Shown piece by piece: positions 1-11,015 of a DNA stretch of 64,000 nt. The DNA is from Bacteriovoracaceae bacterium (GTDB lineage Bacteria; Bdellovibrionota; UBA1018), in assembly GCA_947447665.1 (NCBI GenBank), contig CANFJX010000001.1:211911-275910 (forward strand), written 5' to 3'. Under the pieces are notes generated by a model. It searched no databases, had not been told where the DNA came from, and worked only from the letters and a program-made list of their open reading frames with translations. Position numbers and translations under genes: made by a program. The first letter of the stretch is position 1. Each line of letters starts with the position of its first letter.

Positions 1-1156
1 CACCGGATGCGCAATCCACACCGAACATGGCGACGATATCGCCTGCCTGAGCTTCGTCGATATCGTTCATCTCATCCGCATGCATTTGTGCCAAACGAGG
101 GATCTTTACTTTTTTGTCGTTGGTCGAGTTAAAAATCACATCGCCCTTACGAACGCGGCCTTGGTAAATTCTCATATACGTCAGCTGACCGTACCGACCT
201 TCGTCCAACTTAAAAGCAAGACCGACAAACGGGAGATTTGCATCTGACTTGAGTATCACTTTTGCTTCGGCATTGTTTTGGTCGAGAGCAATGTTTTCTT
301 TTTCTGCTGGGCTAGGAAGGTAATAAGTCACTGCGTCTAATAAAAGCTGAACGCCCTTATTCTTATAAGCAGAACCCGTCATCACTGGAGTAAAGTTCAA
401 TGACAGAGTAGCCTTACGGATCGCAGTCCGAAGCTCATCAACTGTCGGGGCCTGGCCCTCGAGATACTTATTTCCAACTACTTCGTCAAATTCACCGACC
501 GCAGCAATCAGATTCTCGCGGTACTTAGTGCACTCGTCTAAGATATCGGCTGGAATTTCTTCTTCGCGAATCTTTTCGCCATTATCGCCGTCAAAGTAGA
601 AGGCCTTCATGGTCACCAAATCGACCATGCCTTTGAACTGGTCTTCAGCGCCGATTGGGTAGGTAATCAGATGTGCATTGTGGGCAAGCTTTTCACGAAG
701 CATCGTGACGCCTCGGAATGGGTTCGCCCCAGCTCGGTCCATCTTATTAATGAAACAAATTCTTGGCACTTTATAGCGCTTCATTTGTCGATCGACGGTG
801 ATCGACTGCGATTGGACGCCTGCTACGGAGCAGAGAACCAAAATAGCACCATCGAGAACGCGCAGAGAGCGCTCCACTTCAATCGTGAAATCGACGTGGC
901 CAGGAGTATCAATTAAGTTGACGTTATAGTCTTTCCACTCACAGTAGGTCGCGGCAGACTGGATGGTAATCCCCTTCTCGCGCTCCAAATCCATGAAATC
1001 CATGGTTGCGCCCACACCCGACTTCCCTTTAACTTCCTCAATCTTGTGAATTCTCTTCGTATAAAAAAGAATACGCTCCGAGAGGGTGGTCTTTCCAGAG
1101 TCAATGTGCGCCGAAACTCCAATGTTACGAACTTTATCTAACGAAATGCGAGCCAT
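1..1156 (-). CDS. Elongation factor G family GTPase, 5' part; C-terminus lies beyond the window start
   Basis: The minus-strand translation starts at ATG complement(1154..1156): [33 protein letters not shown]...[25 protein letters not shown]...[10 protein letters not shown]. This matches the EF-G G-domain motifs (G1 [18 protein letters not shown]). It is divergent from canonical FusA, so likely an EF-G paralog. The ORF track shows no intact ORF because the gene runs off the window edge. Confidence 0.8.
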   Translation of the reverse strand, partial: MARISLDKVRNIGVSAHIDSGKTTLSERILFYTKRIHKIEEVKGKSGVGATMDFMDLEREKGITIQSAATYCEWKDYNVNLIDTPGHVDFTIEVERSLRVLDGAILVLCSVAGVQSQSITVDRQMKRYKVPRICFINKMDRAGANPFRGVTMLREKLAHNAHLITYPIGAEDQFKGMVDLVTMKAFYFDGDNGEKIREEEIPADILDECTKYRENLIAAVGEFDEVVGNKYLEGQAPTVDELRTAIRKATLSLNFTPVMTGSAYKNKGVQLLLDAVTYYLPSPAEKENIALDQNNAEAKVILKSDANLPFVGLAFKLDEGRYGQLTYMRIYQGRVRKGDVIFNSTNDKKVKIPRLAQMHADEMNDIDEAQAGDIVAMFGVDCASG

Positions 1157-1274
1157 GAAACATCTCTCCTTGCTAAAACGTGTGCCATACTCTAGCCAAA
1201 AATGATCGATTTAATCAAGTGATTTCTTTGAAAACTTTCGAAACTCGCCTATACTCCCAGGATAGGAGATCAGC

Positions 1275-1832
1275 ATGGCAAAACGTTTTTTTTGGGTCGA
1301 CCTCGAAATGACCGGGCTAGATGACGCAGTCGACTCAATTCTCGAGGTGGCTGTCGTCATAACTGACCTCAATTTCAATACTTTAGAAGAATACCATAGC
1401 GTGGTCTTCCAGCCCCAGGACGTTCTGGACAAGATGAACGACTGGTGCAAAAAGACTCATGGGCAAAGCGGCCTAACTGCGGCCGTTCCTCACGGCAAAC
1501 CCCTGGCCCAGGTCGAAACCGAACTCCTCGAGCTGGCTCGTCGCCACTTTGACATGAAGGACCGGATTGTCCTCGCCGGCAACTCAGTCGGAAATGATAA
1601 GCGCTTCATCGACCGGCAAATGCCTCAGTTTGCAAAGGTGCTTCATTATCGTCTCGTCGATGTGAGCTCCTTTAAAGAGGTGTTCCGAGAAAAGTATCAT
1701 TTGGGCTTTGAGAAGAAAAACGCTCATCGTGCAGTCGACGATATTTACGAATCGATCCGGGAGTTAAGCTTCTACCTTTCGCACGTTCAAGTTCCTGTCC
1801 AAACGGAAGCGCAGACCCAACCTAAAAAGTAA
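1275..1832 (+). CDS. orn: Oligoribonuclease (DEDDh 3'-5' exonuclease)
   Basis: The N-terminus FFWVDLEMTGLD and the C-terminal H-x4-D motif (HRAVDDI) are typical of Orn; the size is about 185 aa. Confidence 0.85.
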   Translation: MAKRFFWVDLEMTGLDDAVDSILEVAVVITDLNFNTLEEYHSVVFQPQDVLDKMNDWCKKTHGQSGLTAAVPHGKPLAQVETELLELARRHFDMKDRIVLAGNSVGNDKRFIDRQMPQFAKVLHYRLVDVSSFKEVFREKYHLGFEKKNAHRAVDDIYESIRELSFYLSHVQVPVQTEAQTQPKK

Positions 1833-1852
1833 GAACCCCAGGAGATTAGGTC

Positions 1853-2275
1853 ATGAATTCCCAGCAACGGCCGAGTTTTGAGAAAATCTATCTCGACCTC
1901 GCCTCATCCCTCGCTCAGCGATCGACCTGTCAAAGGCTTCAAGTCGGCACGGTGATCACCAGCACCGATTTTAGAAAAGTTCTAGCCGTCGGCTACAATG
2001 GAAATGCAACAGGCCTTCACAATGGTTGCGACCGCGAGGAACCTGGCAATTGTGGGTGTCTTCACTCTGAAGAAAATGCAGTCATTAATTGTGACGCACC
2101 TCGATTCATAGAAAAAATCGTTTTCGTCACCCATCTCCCCTGCGTTCAGTGCGCCAAACGGTTGATCAATCTAGGAAATGTAAAAAAACTTTTCTATGGT
2201 CATGAATATCGAGTCAAGGACTCAATTGAATTACTAAAAAGAGTGGGCATTCCGGTTGAAATCCTGAAGAATTAG
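1853..2275 (+). CDS. dCMP/cytidine deaminase family protein
   Basis: The zinc-binding motifs HSEENA and PCxxC (HLPCVQCAKRL) are present; the protein is 140 aa. Confidence 0.75.
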   Translation: MNSQQRPSFEKIYLDLASSLAQRSTCQRLQVGTVITSTDFRKVLAVGYNGNATGLHNGCDREEPGNCGCLHSEENAVINCDAPRFIEKIVFVTHLPCVQCAKRLINLGNVKKLFYGHEYRVKDSIELLKRVGIPVEILKN

Positions 2276-2306
2276 TCGCAAGATCGAGAAACTGGAGAAC
2301 TACTCA

Positions 2307-5069
2307 ATGACTCGACCTTTTATCACTCTGGGCTACTCAATTCTGTCGCTTTCTCTACTCACCCACGTCAGCTGCTCCAGCAGCTTCAAGCAACAAAAAC
2401 TAGGAACAAATCTGGAATCCAAGAGGGGACGTGGAGCTACCGAACCAGGCCCCCGATTGAGTCGAGAGCAGGCGGTCATCCGCTCAAAAATAGTCACCCA
2501 AGTGAACTATGCCCTAGACGTTGATTTGACAAAAAGTGCCGACGAATTTGAAGCGCGGGCTATCCTCCTTTTTGACCTCAAACCCAAGGCAAAAGACACT
2601 CAACAACCCCTACTCATAGATCTCGAGGGTGGAAAAATTTCCTCGATCCAACTCAACGGCCAATCCCTGAGCGACTTAGACCGCCCCGAGCGATTGGACG
2701 GCCATCACGTTTACTTTAACTTATCTGAGCTCAAGCCCTCAGCAAACCGGATTGAAATTACTTACACACACCCATTTAGCCATGATGGTCGAGGTCTCCA
2801 CCGATTCCAGGATCCTGTCGACGGTAATCCCTATCTTTTCACCCACTTCGAACCCTACGACGCCCACCGGATGTTCCCTTGTTTTGATCAGCCCGACCTC
2901 AAGGCCTCCTACGAATTAATGGTCACGGCTCCATCCAGCTGGGAGGTCATCTCCAACACCTTACCCAAGACGGTGGTTGAGAAGGGCAAAAGCAAGTTCT
3001 GGTCTTTCCCCAAATCTCAGATCTTTAGTACCTATCTCTTTGCCCTTCACGCGGGTCCTTATTCGGTATGGAAGGGCGAGGCAGATACGATCCCGATTCG
3101 CCTTTTTGCTCGAAAGTCTTTAGCAAAGTACGTAGATCATCAGGAGTGGCTAAAGATCACTGAGCAAGGACTTGATTACTACGGCACCCAATTTGATTAT
3201 CCATATCCATTCGGGAAATATGATCAGGTCCTCGTCCCAGATTTCAACTCCGGGGCCATGGAAAACGTCGGCGCCGTCACCTTTTCAGAATCTTTTGTTT
3301 TCCGATCTCGGGTTACTCAAGACCAAAAACGCAGGCGAGCAGACACTATTCTCCATGAAATGGCTCATATGTGGTTTGGGGATTTAGTGACTATGAAATG
3401 GTGGAATGGCCTTTGGCTCAACGAGAGCTTTGCCACATTTATGGCCGCTCGAGCCGTAGACCAGGCTACGGAATTTAAAGGCTCTTGGCAGGACTTTTTC
3501 TCTGGCAATAAACAATGGGCCTACTGGGAAGATCAAATGATCACCACCCACCCAATTGAAAATCCTGTAGCAGATACAGATCGAGCCGAATCGATTTTCG
3601 ATGGAATTACCTATGGAAAAGGTGCTTCGGTTCTAAAACAATTGCAATCTTTTCTAGGCGAAGATGAATTTAGGGAGGGGCTCCAACGCTACTTCCAAAA
3701 ATATGCTTACAAAAATACAACTCTAAACGATTTCTTCAAAAAACTATCAGAGGCTTCAGGAGAGGATCTAGTTGCATGGGAGAAGGCATGGCTCCAAACA
3801 CCCGGCGTCAACACGCTCAAGGCTGACTGGGAATGCCAACTCAATCCAGACACCGAGCAATCTACCCTCACAAAGTTCGACCTCATTCAGACGTCTACCA
3901 ATCAAGAACTCCGCTCTCACCATACTCAGATCGGTCTTTTTGATTTAGCTAAAGCGCCGAAAAGACACAAACACAACTTAACCGCAGATTCGACTCCGTT
4001 GGAGGTCAATTATACTGGCCCAAAAACTTCAATAGCAGGACTCATTGGAAAACCTTGTCCAACCCTCGTATTTCCCAATTATAACGATTACGATTACGTG
4101 AAGATCGAGCTAGATCCGACGAGTTTACATGAAACTCTTGCCTCCATGACGTCAGTCCAAGATCCACTCACCCGTCAAATGCTCTGGCATACCCTTTGGG
4201 AGATGGTCACTGATGGAAAGCTCCGAGCCCAGGACTACGCTGAAGCCGTCCTGAAACATGCAGGTCAGGAAAAAGACACTCTCATTCTATCAAAAATTCT
4301 TCAACACCTGGCTCAGCGCTCTCTGCAATCCCCTTCAGTCATTAAATTCCTCGAGGGCGAAATGCGAAAAGAGTATCAGAAAAAATTTGAAAAGTTTGCT
4401 GAAAATCAACTTTTCAAAGCTCCTGCTGGAAGCGATCTTCAGCTGATCTGGTACCGAGCCTTTTTAAACTCAGCGGTTTCGGAGCAGGCCCTCTCTACGT
4501 TGAAAAAAATAATCGAGGGCAAGACCAAAATTCCTTCATTTAAAGTAGATCAAGAAAGACGTTGGGAGATCATTGCGACACTGGCGAGCAAAAAGGCGCC
4601 AGAAATCGAAAAACTCATTCAATCAGAACTCAACGATGATCCGACAGATCTTGGACAGAAGTCGGCAATTACTGCTGAAACATCTCTACCTGACCCGATA
4701 GTAAAGCGAAAATGGGCAAATCTGTTTACTGAGGAAAATCCATCACTCCCGATCTCAAAACTCAGAGTTGCGATGCGCAACTTTTATCTGATCGACCAGG
4801 AGACACTCTCTGAGGATACTGCGGACTTTTTCTTCGAAACACTTCCTAAGCTAGCGCAAAGAAATAAAATCGAGGGTGATGAGCTCATTAAAAACTTTGC
4901 GCACTCAATGTTTCCCTCTCTCTGTGATCCAAAGATTGTCAAAAAGGCAACCCTGCTTTTGGAGGCTCACCCAGAATTCCCCGCCGGGGTCATAAAGAGT
5001 TTAAAAGTCCACCGACAGGAGGAAGAACGCTGCATTCAGGCTAGAGCTCAGTCCAGGAAATCGGGCTAA
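2307..5069 (+). CDS. pepN: Aminopeptidase N (M1 zinc metallopeptidase), secreted
   Basis: The GAMEN motif and HEMAHMWFGDLVTMKWWNGLWLNESFA (HExxH-18-E) are present. The N-terminus has a signal peptide/lipobox-like sequence (LSLSLLTHVSCSS). Confidence 0.85.
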   Translation: MTRPFITLGYSILSLSLLTHVSCSSSFKQQKLGTNLESKRGRGATEPGPRLSREQAVIRSKIVTQVNYALDVDLTKSADEFEARAILLFDLKPKAKDTQQPLLIDLEGGKISSIQLNGQSLSDLDRPERLDGHHVYFNLSELKPSANRIEITYTHPFSHDGRGLHRFQDPVDGNPYLFTHFEPYDAHRMFPCFDQPDLKASYELMVTAPSSWEVISNTLPKTVVEKGKSKFWSFPKSQIFSTYLFALHAGPYSVWKGEADTIPIRLFARKSLAKYVDHQEWLKITEQGLDYYGTQFDYPYPFGKYDQVLVPDFNSGAMENVGAVTFSESFVFRSRVTQDQKRRRADTILHEMAHMWFGDLVTMKWWNGLWLNESFATFMAARAVDQATEFKGSWQDFFSGNKQWAYWEDQMITTHPIENPVADTDRAESIFDGITYGKGASVLKQLQSFLGEDEFREGLQRYFQKYAYKNTTLNDFFKKLSEASGEDLVAWEKAWLQTPGVNTLKADWECQLNPDTEQSTLTKFDLIQTSTNQELRSHHTQIGLFDLAKAPKRHKHNLTADSTPLEVNYTGPKTSIAGLIGKPCPTLVFPNYNDYDYVKIELDPTSLHETLASMTSVQDPLTRQMLWHTLWEMVTDGKLRAQDYAEAVLKHAGQEKDTLILSKILQHLAQRSLQSPSVIKFLEGEMRKEYQKKFEKFAENQLFKAPAGSDLQLIWYRAFLNSAVSEQALSTLKKIIEGKTKIPSFKVDQERRWEIIATLASKKAPEIEKLIQSELNDDPTDLGQKSAITAETSLPDPIVKRKWANLFTEENPSLPISKLRVAMRNFYLIDQETLSEDTADFFFETLPKLAQRNKIEGDELIKNFAHSMFPSLCDPKIVKKATLLLEAHPEFPAGVIKSLKVHRQEEERCIQARAQSRKSG

Positions 5070-5079
5070 ATTAATCAGT

Positions 5080-6330
5080 CTAAAGCAGAGAGAGGTCTAT
5101 TTTTTTTACCTCATCGGAGGCCTCAATCAACCAATTCTGATAGAGCTCAAAAGTCTGGATAAAATTTGAACGATTTTTTTTCGAAACCCAACGGAGCCGT
5201 TCCTCCTGAGTTTTACTTGCCAGCCGTTGTCTTGCTCGTTCTAATTTTTTTGAGTATTCTAAAAGACTTTTATTGAAGTCCACTAACGATGGCTCAAAAT
5301 CCATGGCTCTGACACGCTCAAACTCTCCAGGCCAACCCCAGGGTCGGTGGTGCTCAACAAACGCCAAGTTACCATAGGAACGAAAAGGGAATATCTCCCA
5401 AAGATTCCCATAATGAAGCGGAAGACGACCAAACTCGAGCAATGAATCGCGGAACCGCTTTTTATTAAAAACCTTCTCAATCGTTGGAATCTCTCCATTC
5501 ACCTGCTTCCCGATTCGAACGAGGGTATCAATGGGGAAAATTTTCGGCAGATGAAGCAGATTCCACGCCCCCTGATAAACAGGGCTCAAAATCTTTGCTG
5601 CAGATAAAATTCCGACGACTAAATGGTTGCAGTTGGCGGTCAAGAAATTCCAACGATACGGCTTCAAGTTGAGGTCATTTGCATAATTCACCATGGCTTC
5701 CATCTGCTTTTTGTTCACAGGAATTTTCCAACAACTGGCGCTTCTTGCCAAGGTAAGCGCAAAGTCCGTCCCAAAACCTTCAGCCAAGAGGTATTCTTCC
5801 TCCGACCTACCCAAGTTTTGCTCGAATTGGATTTGGGCTGAAGGAACCAACTTTAAGCCATCATAAGCCTTTGTCGCCAGAACTCTTCCCCAAACGGCCT
5901 TCATTTCGGCTGTGTCGTATCTTTTATCAGCGGGAACTCCCCCGCTCATCGCCAAGTTCTTTCCAGGAATAGCAATCCAATGAGAATTAGACACCTTGGC
6001 ATTAGCACTTAAAAGGACCCCCCTCTCCAATTTTTCAGTCACTGCAGAGGTCGATACATCTTCGATCGGATCCGCATCATCGCAAATTTTAAGCCTCCAA
6101 GGAGCACTGGGCTCCGAATGGGACTCAAGAACCTCGCTTGGCGCTCGAGTTCGACAGACTCCCTTCAGGTAAATCACGGCATGGCCCCAGGAATTCCCGA
6201 CAGTCTCCTTAGAAACTCCACAAACCTCAGCAGAATAATTAAAAATATCCTGAAAAATTGCAGCTTTTGAGTTTTCGGATGGACTAAGCGCAAAAAAAGA
6301 TAAACCGAACAAAAACGTCTCTTTCTTCAT
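5080..6330 (-). CDS. Hypothetical secreted protein (416 aa)
   Basis: The long ORF has an N-terminal signal peptide (MKKETFLFGLSFFALS). I recognised no family motif. Confidence 0.4.
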   Translation of the reverse strand: MKKETFLFGLSFFALSPSENSKAAIFQDIFNYSAEVCGVSKETVGNSWGHAVIYLKGVCRTRAPSEVLESHSEPSAPWRLKICDDADPIEDVSTSAVTEKLERGVLLSANAKVSNSHWIAIPGKNLAMSGGVPADKRYDTAEMKAVWGRVLATKAYDGLKLVPSAQIQFEQNLGRSEEEYLLAEGFGTDFALTLARSASCWKIPVNKKQMEAMVNYANDLNLKPYRWNFLTANCNHLVVGILSAAKILSPVYQGAWNLLHLPKIFPIDTLVRIGKQVNGEIPTIEKVFNKKRFRDSLLEFGRLPLHYGNLWEIFPFRSYGNLAFVEHHRPWGWPGEFERVRAMDFEPSLVDFNKSLLEYSKKLERARQRLASKTQEERLRWVSKKNRSNFIQTFELYQNWLIEASDEVKKIDLSLL

Positions 6331-6406
6331 TTATTTCCTCCCACACTTATTCAATTAGCACGAACTGCAATCAACAGAGCATCGAGAGTGCCTACAGAAA
6401 CTAAGC

Positions 6407-7981
6407 TTAGTCTCTTAGACCAACTAAGATCTCTGATAGTACTCGTCCCTCCGAGGAGCTCGGCGGAATGACCCCTGCCAAAAAAGCAAGTGTCGGAGCA
6501 ATATCGATCACCTCAGCAGAATTAGCATAAATTCCTTGATTAATATGCATTCCGGAAAATAAAATAGGCACAGTCTGATCGTATGAGTATCCTGTTATAT
6601 GATTAGTTGCCTTTGAAGTCGACATAGCAGGAATGACAAAGGGTTGAGGGATCAGTACCAAATTGCCGCTTCTTTTCCAAAAGTGGCTATGCAGAATTTG
6701 TCTCTCAAATTTACCAGGTGGAAGTCGCCCTGCCAAGTAATCCGTTGAAGTGAAAACGTGAGCAACGCCAGGGATCGAACTCAAAAACTCCTTAGCGAGC
6801 CCTTCTATTTTTGCTAACTCAATCCCTTGAGCTTTGATCTCAGGTTGATTGAGATAAAATTGAAAATCCATCTCGGCAATGACCCATGACCCTGAACTTG
6901 GCTTACCAAATTGTGAAACAAGATAAGAATTGAGCCGATCCTTAGCATCACTCGTATTTATTTTTCCGTAAGGAAGATGAATCAACTTAGACCAGTCTTC
7001 GTTTGGAGCCACACCGTGATCTCCAGACAGAACGATCACTACGTCCTTCAATCCACCTGGAGTCGCCTTCTGAATCGCGTTCAAAATCCTTGAAATCGAG
7101 CGATCATCAGACAGCGTCATGGCTTCCATTTCAGGACTATTCGGACCATAGAGATGTCCTGCAACATCATGGCTTGATAAACTCACTGCGAACAGATCAG
7201 TCGCTTTGCCTCGGCCAAGCCCCAAAGACCTAAAGGCGATCTCGACTGCATCCGCGGTCATGGCATTGCCTACCGGCGAGGCGATCGTGCCGCCGGGATC
7301 CTGCCCATTTAAGGGCTTCAATAGGGCTTGAGTCTTTTGATTCAAATCATTGACCCAAGATGGGAGCTTTTTGGACGGGAGATAATACTCGCTGCTCGTC
7401 CACTTTCGTGACTTTTTATTAAACCACAGAGCAAGGTCTGCCGTATGTCCGGCCAGCAAGATCGCGGCTCGATCCTTAAGCGCCAAGCTCACCGTTCGAG
7501 ATCCTACGAAAGAAAGCTTCAGTTGATCACCAATAGTCGAGCCAATCAGCCTTTTTGGCGACCTACCCTCTTCTGGGTCATGGGATTCATCCTGGATGAG
7601 AGGGGCTTTTGAATCCTCAGCGCAATAGACTACTTTTTTTTCTTCCCGATCATACCATTCATTATTTACGATTCCAGACTGATAGGGGTAGGAGCCCGTA
7701 GAAACCGTCATGTGCCCCACCGATGTAACCGACTGAAGGACATCATATTTTCCCTGGGGATAATAGGCACCCTTCGACATCAAATAGCGAAAACCTCCCA
7801 GCTTTCCATTTTTTTGAATCGGTGGCAAAAACTGGGATTTAAACCGGCTCAGGTAATCTGCACGAAACTGATCCACTACGATCAGAACAAGAAGCTTGGG
7901 TCGTTCAAACCCAAATGCCTCTGAAGTCGAAATTAAAACCCAGAGAATAAACGCGAATTTGCCGATTTTCTTTTCAAACAT
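6407..7981 (-). CDS. Alkaline phosphatase / nucleotide pyrophosphatase-phosphodiesterase family protein, secreted
   Basis: It has a signal peptide, VVDQFRADYL (metal-binding Asp), TGxxPxxSGIV and LSGDHG motifs typical of the type I phosphodiesterase/AP superfamily. Confidence 0.6.
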   Translation of the reverse strand: MFEKKIGKFAFILWVLISTSEAFGFERPKLLVLIVVDQFRADYLSRFKSQFLPPIQKNGKLGGFRYLMSKGAYYPQGKYDVLQSVTSVGHMTVSTGSYPYQSGIVNNEWYDREEKKVVYCAEDSKAPLIQDESHDPEEGRSPKRLIGSTIGDQLKLSFVGSRTVSLALKDRAAILLAGHTADLALWFNKKSRKWTSSEYYLPSKKLPSWVNDLNQKTQALLKPLNGQDPGGTIASPVGNAMTADAVEIAFRSLGLGRGKATDLFAVSLSSHDVAGHLYGPNSPEMEAMTLSDDRSISRILNAIQKATPGGLKDVVIVLSGDHGVAPNEDWSKLIHLPYGKINTSDAKDRLNSYLVSQFGKPSSGSWVIAEMDFQFYLNQPEIKAQGIELAKIEGLAKEFLSSIPGVAHVFTSTDYLAGRLPPGKFERQILHSHFWKRSGNLVLIPQPFVIPAMSTSKATNHITGYSYDQTVPILFSGMHINQGIYANSAEVIDIAPTLAFLAGVIPPSSSEGRVLSEILVGLRD

Positions 7982-8046
7982 GACCTAAGTTATCTGCCGT
8001 TCAATTCAAATAATCAAGGTGGTTCGATCTTCTCGGATTCACTCCC

Positions 8047-8811
8047 TCAATCGCGAAGCTCCATGACAACAGGACAATGATCCGAGCCCATCACTTTGGG
8101 CTGATGCTCAACTGATTTTAATCGGTCTTTAAAGTCTTGATTCACAACAAAATAGTCCAAACGCCAACCTATATTTTTTTCTCTCACACCTGGGCGATAG
8201 CTCCACCATGTGTAATGGCCCGGATCAGGGTTAAAATGTCTAAACCCATCCACATAGCCGCGACTGATGAAGCTTTCCATCCAGGCCCTTTCCTCTGGGA
8301 GAAATCCGGCATTATTTTCATTCGATTTTGGATTTTTAAGATCAATTGCTCGATGGGCAATATTGAAATCTCCACAAACAATGATGTGCTTTTGCTTAGA
8401 CCGCAGGCTCTCCAAGTAATCATATATTTGGGCACAGAATTTCAATTTATATCCGAGTCGGGCCCCCTCCCGTTGACTATTGGGAAAGTAAGCATTAACG
8501 AGAAAAAAGTCCGAGAACTCAGCAGTAATGACTCGACCCTCGAGGTCAAATTCGGGGACATTCAATCCCATCGAAACTGTGAGTGGCTCTTTCTTCGAGT
8601 AAATTGAAACTCCACTATAACCGGCTTTTTCGGCTGAATGCCAATAAGAATGGTACCCAAATGGATTCCGCAACTCGTCCGTCAATTGATCTGGAGTGGC
8701 TTTTGATTCTTGAACACAAACGATGTCAGGTCCAAAATTCTGCATCCAAACTAGAAAATCTTTTCGAGCAGCCGCTCGAATTCCATTCACATTCCAACTA
8801 GTGATCTTCAT
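8047..8811 (-). CDS. xth: Exodeoxyribonuclease III
   Basis: MKITSWNVNGIRA...VCVQESK...GDFNIAH...SDHCPV matches the ExoIII/AP endonuclease motifs. Confidence 0.85.
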   Translation of the reverse strand: MKITSWNVNGIRAAARKDFLVWMQNFGPDIVCVQESKATPDQLTDELRNPFGYHSYWHSAEKAGYSGVSIYSKKEPLTVSMGLNVPEFDLEGRVITAEFSDFFLVNAYFPNSQREGARLGYKLKFCAQIYDYLESLRSKQKHIIVCGDFNIAHRAIDLKNPKSNENNAGFLPEERAWMESFISRGYVDGFRHFNPDPGHYTWWSYRPGVREKNIGWRLDYFVVNQDFKDRLKSVEHQPKVMGSDHCPVVMELRD

Positions 8812-8835
8812 AATTAACCCCTCATTAAGACGCCT

Positions 8836-10098
8836 TTAATCAGCTCGATTAAGATCAAAACCTCGATGAAGACACTCCACGGCTTGCTTCGTTTTTTCTG
8901 CCGCAATTAGGCAAGAAATTTTGATCTCGGAGGTCGTGATCAGTTTAATATTAATATCGGCATCCGCCAGAAGCTGAAACATTTTAGAAGCCACGCCCGG
9001 GTGGTGTTGCATCCCGACTCCAACGACACTCACCTTAGCAAGATCGCTCTCTTCTGCGATCCGGAGGGAGGAAAAGGTCTTGGCTTTTAACTCGTCTAAA
9101 ACTTGGCGAGCCTTGAGATGATCTGAACGCCCTACCGTAAAACTAATCGTAAGCATACCATTTGAGGGGATATCCTGAACAATCACATCAACTACGATCG
9201 ATGCCCGAGAAAGTGCACCGAAAATTTGAGCCACTACTCCTGGACCATCAGTAATATTTTGCAAAGTCAATTTCACTTGGGCGCCATCAGCAGCCACCCC
9301 TGCCACCACGACCTGCTCCATCTGCCCACCTAATAACTCTTGAGAAACCACTCGCGTACCCTCCACAGGATTAAAACTCGAACGAACATGCAAAGGTAGT
9401 CGATATTTGGCGGCCAACTCGACTGAGCGAATTTGCAGTACCTTGGCACCTAGACTCGCGAGTTCCATCATTTCTTCATATGAAATTCGACTCATTTTCC
9501 TGGCTTCCCGACACAGCCTCGGATCAGTCGTATAAACACCATCCACATCGGTATAGATCTCACAATCGTCAGCCTTCAGGGCTGCGGCAATAGCTACGGC
9601 ACTTGTATCCGAACCGCCTCGCCCCAAAGTAGTGATGTTACTCTCTGAGTCAACCCCCTGAAAGCCTGCGATGACTGGAATGATTTGATTGGAAATCAAA
9701 CTTTTCAAACGAGTCGTATCAATTCCCTGAATTCGCGCTTTTGAGAAAATATTATCCGTAAAAATGCCCACCTGATACCCTAACAAGCCCTTGGCTGCGA
9801 GCTGACCTTTCTTAAGACTCCCCCGTTTCTCGGCTTCCGTATTGATTGCGAGCGTGACTAGCCCGACGGCCACCTGCTCTCCACTTGCAATCAGAAGGTC
9901 ATATTCGTGAGAATCCGGCATGGGATGAATTTGCTTGGCCAATTCAACCAAACGGTTCGTTTCCCCGGACATCGCTGAAACGACTAGAACAATATCATTT
10001 CCGCGAGCCTGAGAATCTAGAGCCCACCGAGCCACATGCTGAATTCTTTCAATGGTTCCTACGGAGGTACCACCAAATTTTTGAACGACGAGAGCCAT
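8836..10098 (-). CDS. lysC: Aspartate kinase
   Basis: MALVVQKFGGTSVG...VVSAM is present, with two C-terminal ACT-like regions; 420 aa. Confidence 0.85.
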   Translation of the reverse strand: MALVVQKFGGTSVGTIERIQHVARWALDSQARGNDIVLVVSAMSGETNRLVELAKQIHPMPDSHEYDLLIASGEQVAVGLVTLAINTEAEKRGSLKKGQLAAKGLLGYQVGIFTDNIFSKARIQGIDTTRLKSLISNQIIPVIAGFQGVDSESNITTLGRGGSDTSAVAIAAALKADDCEIYTDVDGVYTTDPRLCREARKMSRISYEEMMELASLGAKVLQIRSVELAAKYRLPLHVRSSFNPVEGTRVVSQELLGGQMEQVVVAGVAADGAQVKLTLQNITDGPGVVAQIFGALSRASIVVDVIVQDIPSNGMLTISFTVGRSDHLKARQVLDELKAKTFSSLRIAEESDLAKVSVVGVGMQHHPGVASKMFQLLADADINIKLITTSEIKISCLIAAEKTKQAVECLHRGFDLNRAD

Positions 10099-10229
10099 AG
10101 ATGTAAACCCACCTCGTGCTCAACCTAATATTTTTTATCGAAAAAGTAACTATCACATCGAAAGAAAATCACTCTTGCATTCCAATTCTTGCCAGGCTTA
10201 TAAAACCGGTAAGAAAATTAAGGAGAATT

Positions 10230-11015
10230 ATGTCCATTCTATCTGGAAAACCCTTCGAAGGTAAAAAAGCCCTCATTTTGGGCGTAGCCAACGAGAGAAG
10301 TCTTGCTTGGTCAATCGCTCAGCATCTTCATGAGGGAGGCGCCCAACTCGGCTTCAACTTCTTGGGAGAAGCACTTGAAAGGCGCGTCCGCCCGCTCGCC
10401 GAATCCGTTCAGGCCGAGATCGTCGCACCTTGTAACGTTTCGGATGACCAGCAATTAGACTCATTTTTTCAGCTGGCCAAAGACCAATGGGGACACCTAG
10501 ACATTCTTATCCATTCCGTCGCCTATGCGAATCGCGAAGATCTCGATGGCCGCTTCGTGAATACTTCTCGTGAAGGTTTTAGGACCGCTCTCGACATTAG
10601 CGCCTACAGCTTGATTGCAGCTGCCAAGAGAGCAGAACCCCTGATGGAAGGAAGAAACGGCTCGATCGTCACTCTCTCCTACTACGGTGCCGAAAAAGTA
10701 GTCCCCAACTATAACGTCATGGGCGTCGCAAAAGCAGCATTAGAGGCTTCGGTGCGATACTTGGCGTATGACCTTGGGAGCAAAAAAATTCGTGTCAATG
10801 CCATCTCTGCTGGACCTGTAAAAACCCTGGCAGCCGCAGGAATTCGGGACTTTAGAACGATGCTCGCAGCCGCCGAGCAGAAGACACCCCTGCATGAGAA
10901 TATCTCTGGCGAGGATGTGGGTGCCCTCGCTGCATTCCTTTGCTCGCCCCTGGGCAAACATATTACGGGTAGCACCCTTTATGTAGATAGCGGCGCCCAT
11001 ATTATGGGAGCCTAG
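10230..11015 (+). CDS. fabI: Enoyl-[acyl-carrier-protein] reductase (NADH) FabI
   Basis: [20 protein letters not shown]... matches the SDR fold with the Y-x6-K region. The ATG at 10230 is preceded by AGGAGA; the longer GTG-initiated ORF from 10116 is probably not used. Confidence 0.85.
   Translation: MSILSGKPFEGKKALILGVANERSLAWSIAQHLHEGGAQLGFNFLGEALERRVRPLAESVQAEIVAPCNVSDDQQLDSFFQLAKDQWGHLDILIHSVAYANREDLDGRFVNTSREGFRTALDISAYSLIAAAKRAEPLMEGRNGSIVTLSYYGAEKVVPNYNVMGVAKAALEASVRYLAYDLGSKKIRVNAISAGPVKTLAAAGIRDFRTMLAAAEQKTPLHENISGEDVGALAAFLCSPLGKHITGSTLYVDSGAHIMGA

Noticed and set aside
8137-8607. 156-aa plus-strand ORF inside xth, and similar antisense/alternate-frame ORFs across the window
   Set aside because: They lie fully inside well-supported genes on the opposite strand or in another frame. 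Examples are 671..916, 913..1122, 1211..1450, 12232..12567, 15309..15665, 17464..17805, 30051..30296, 33890..34213, 41749..42069 and 48337..48663. They have no motifs and no RBS.
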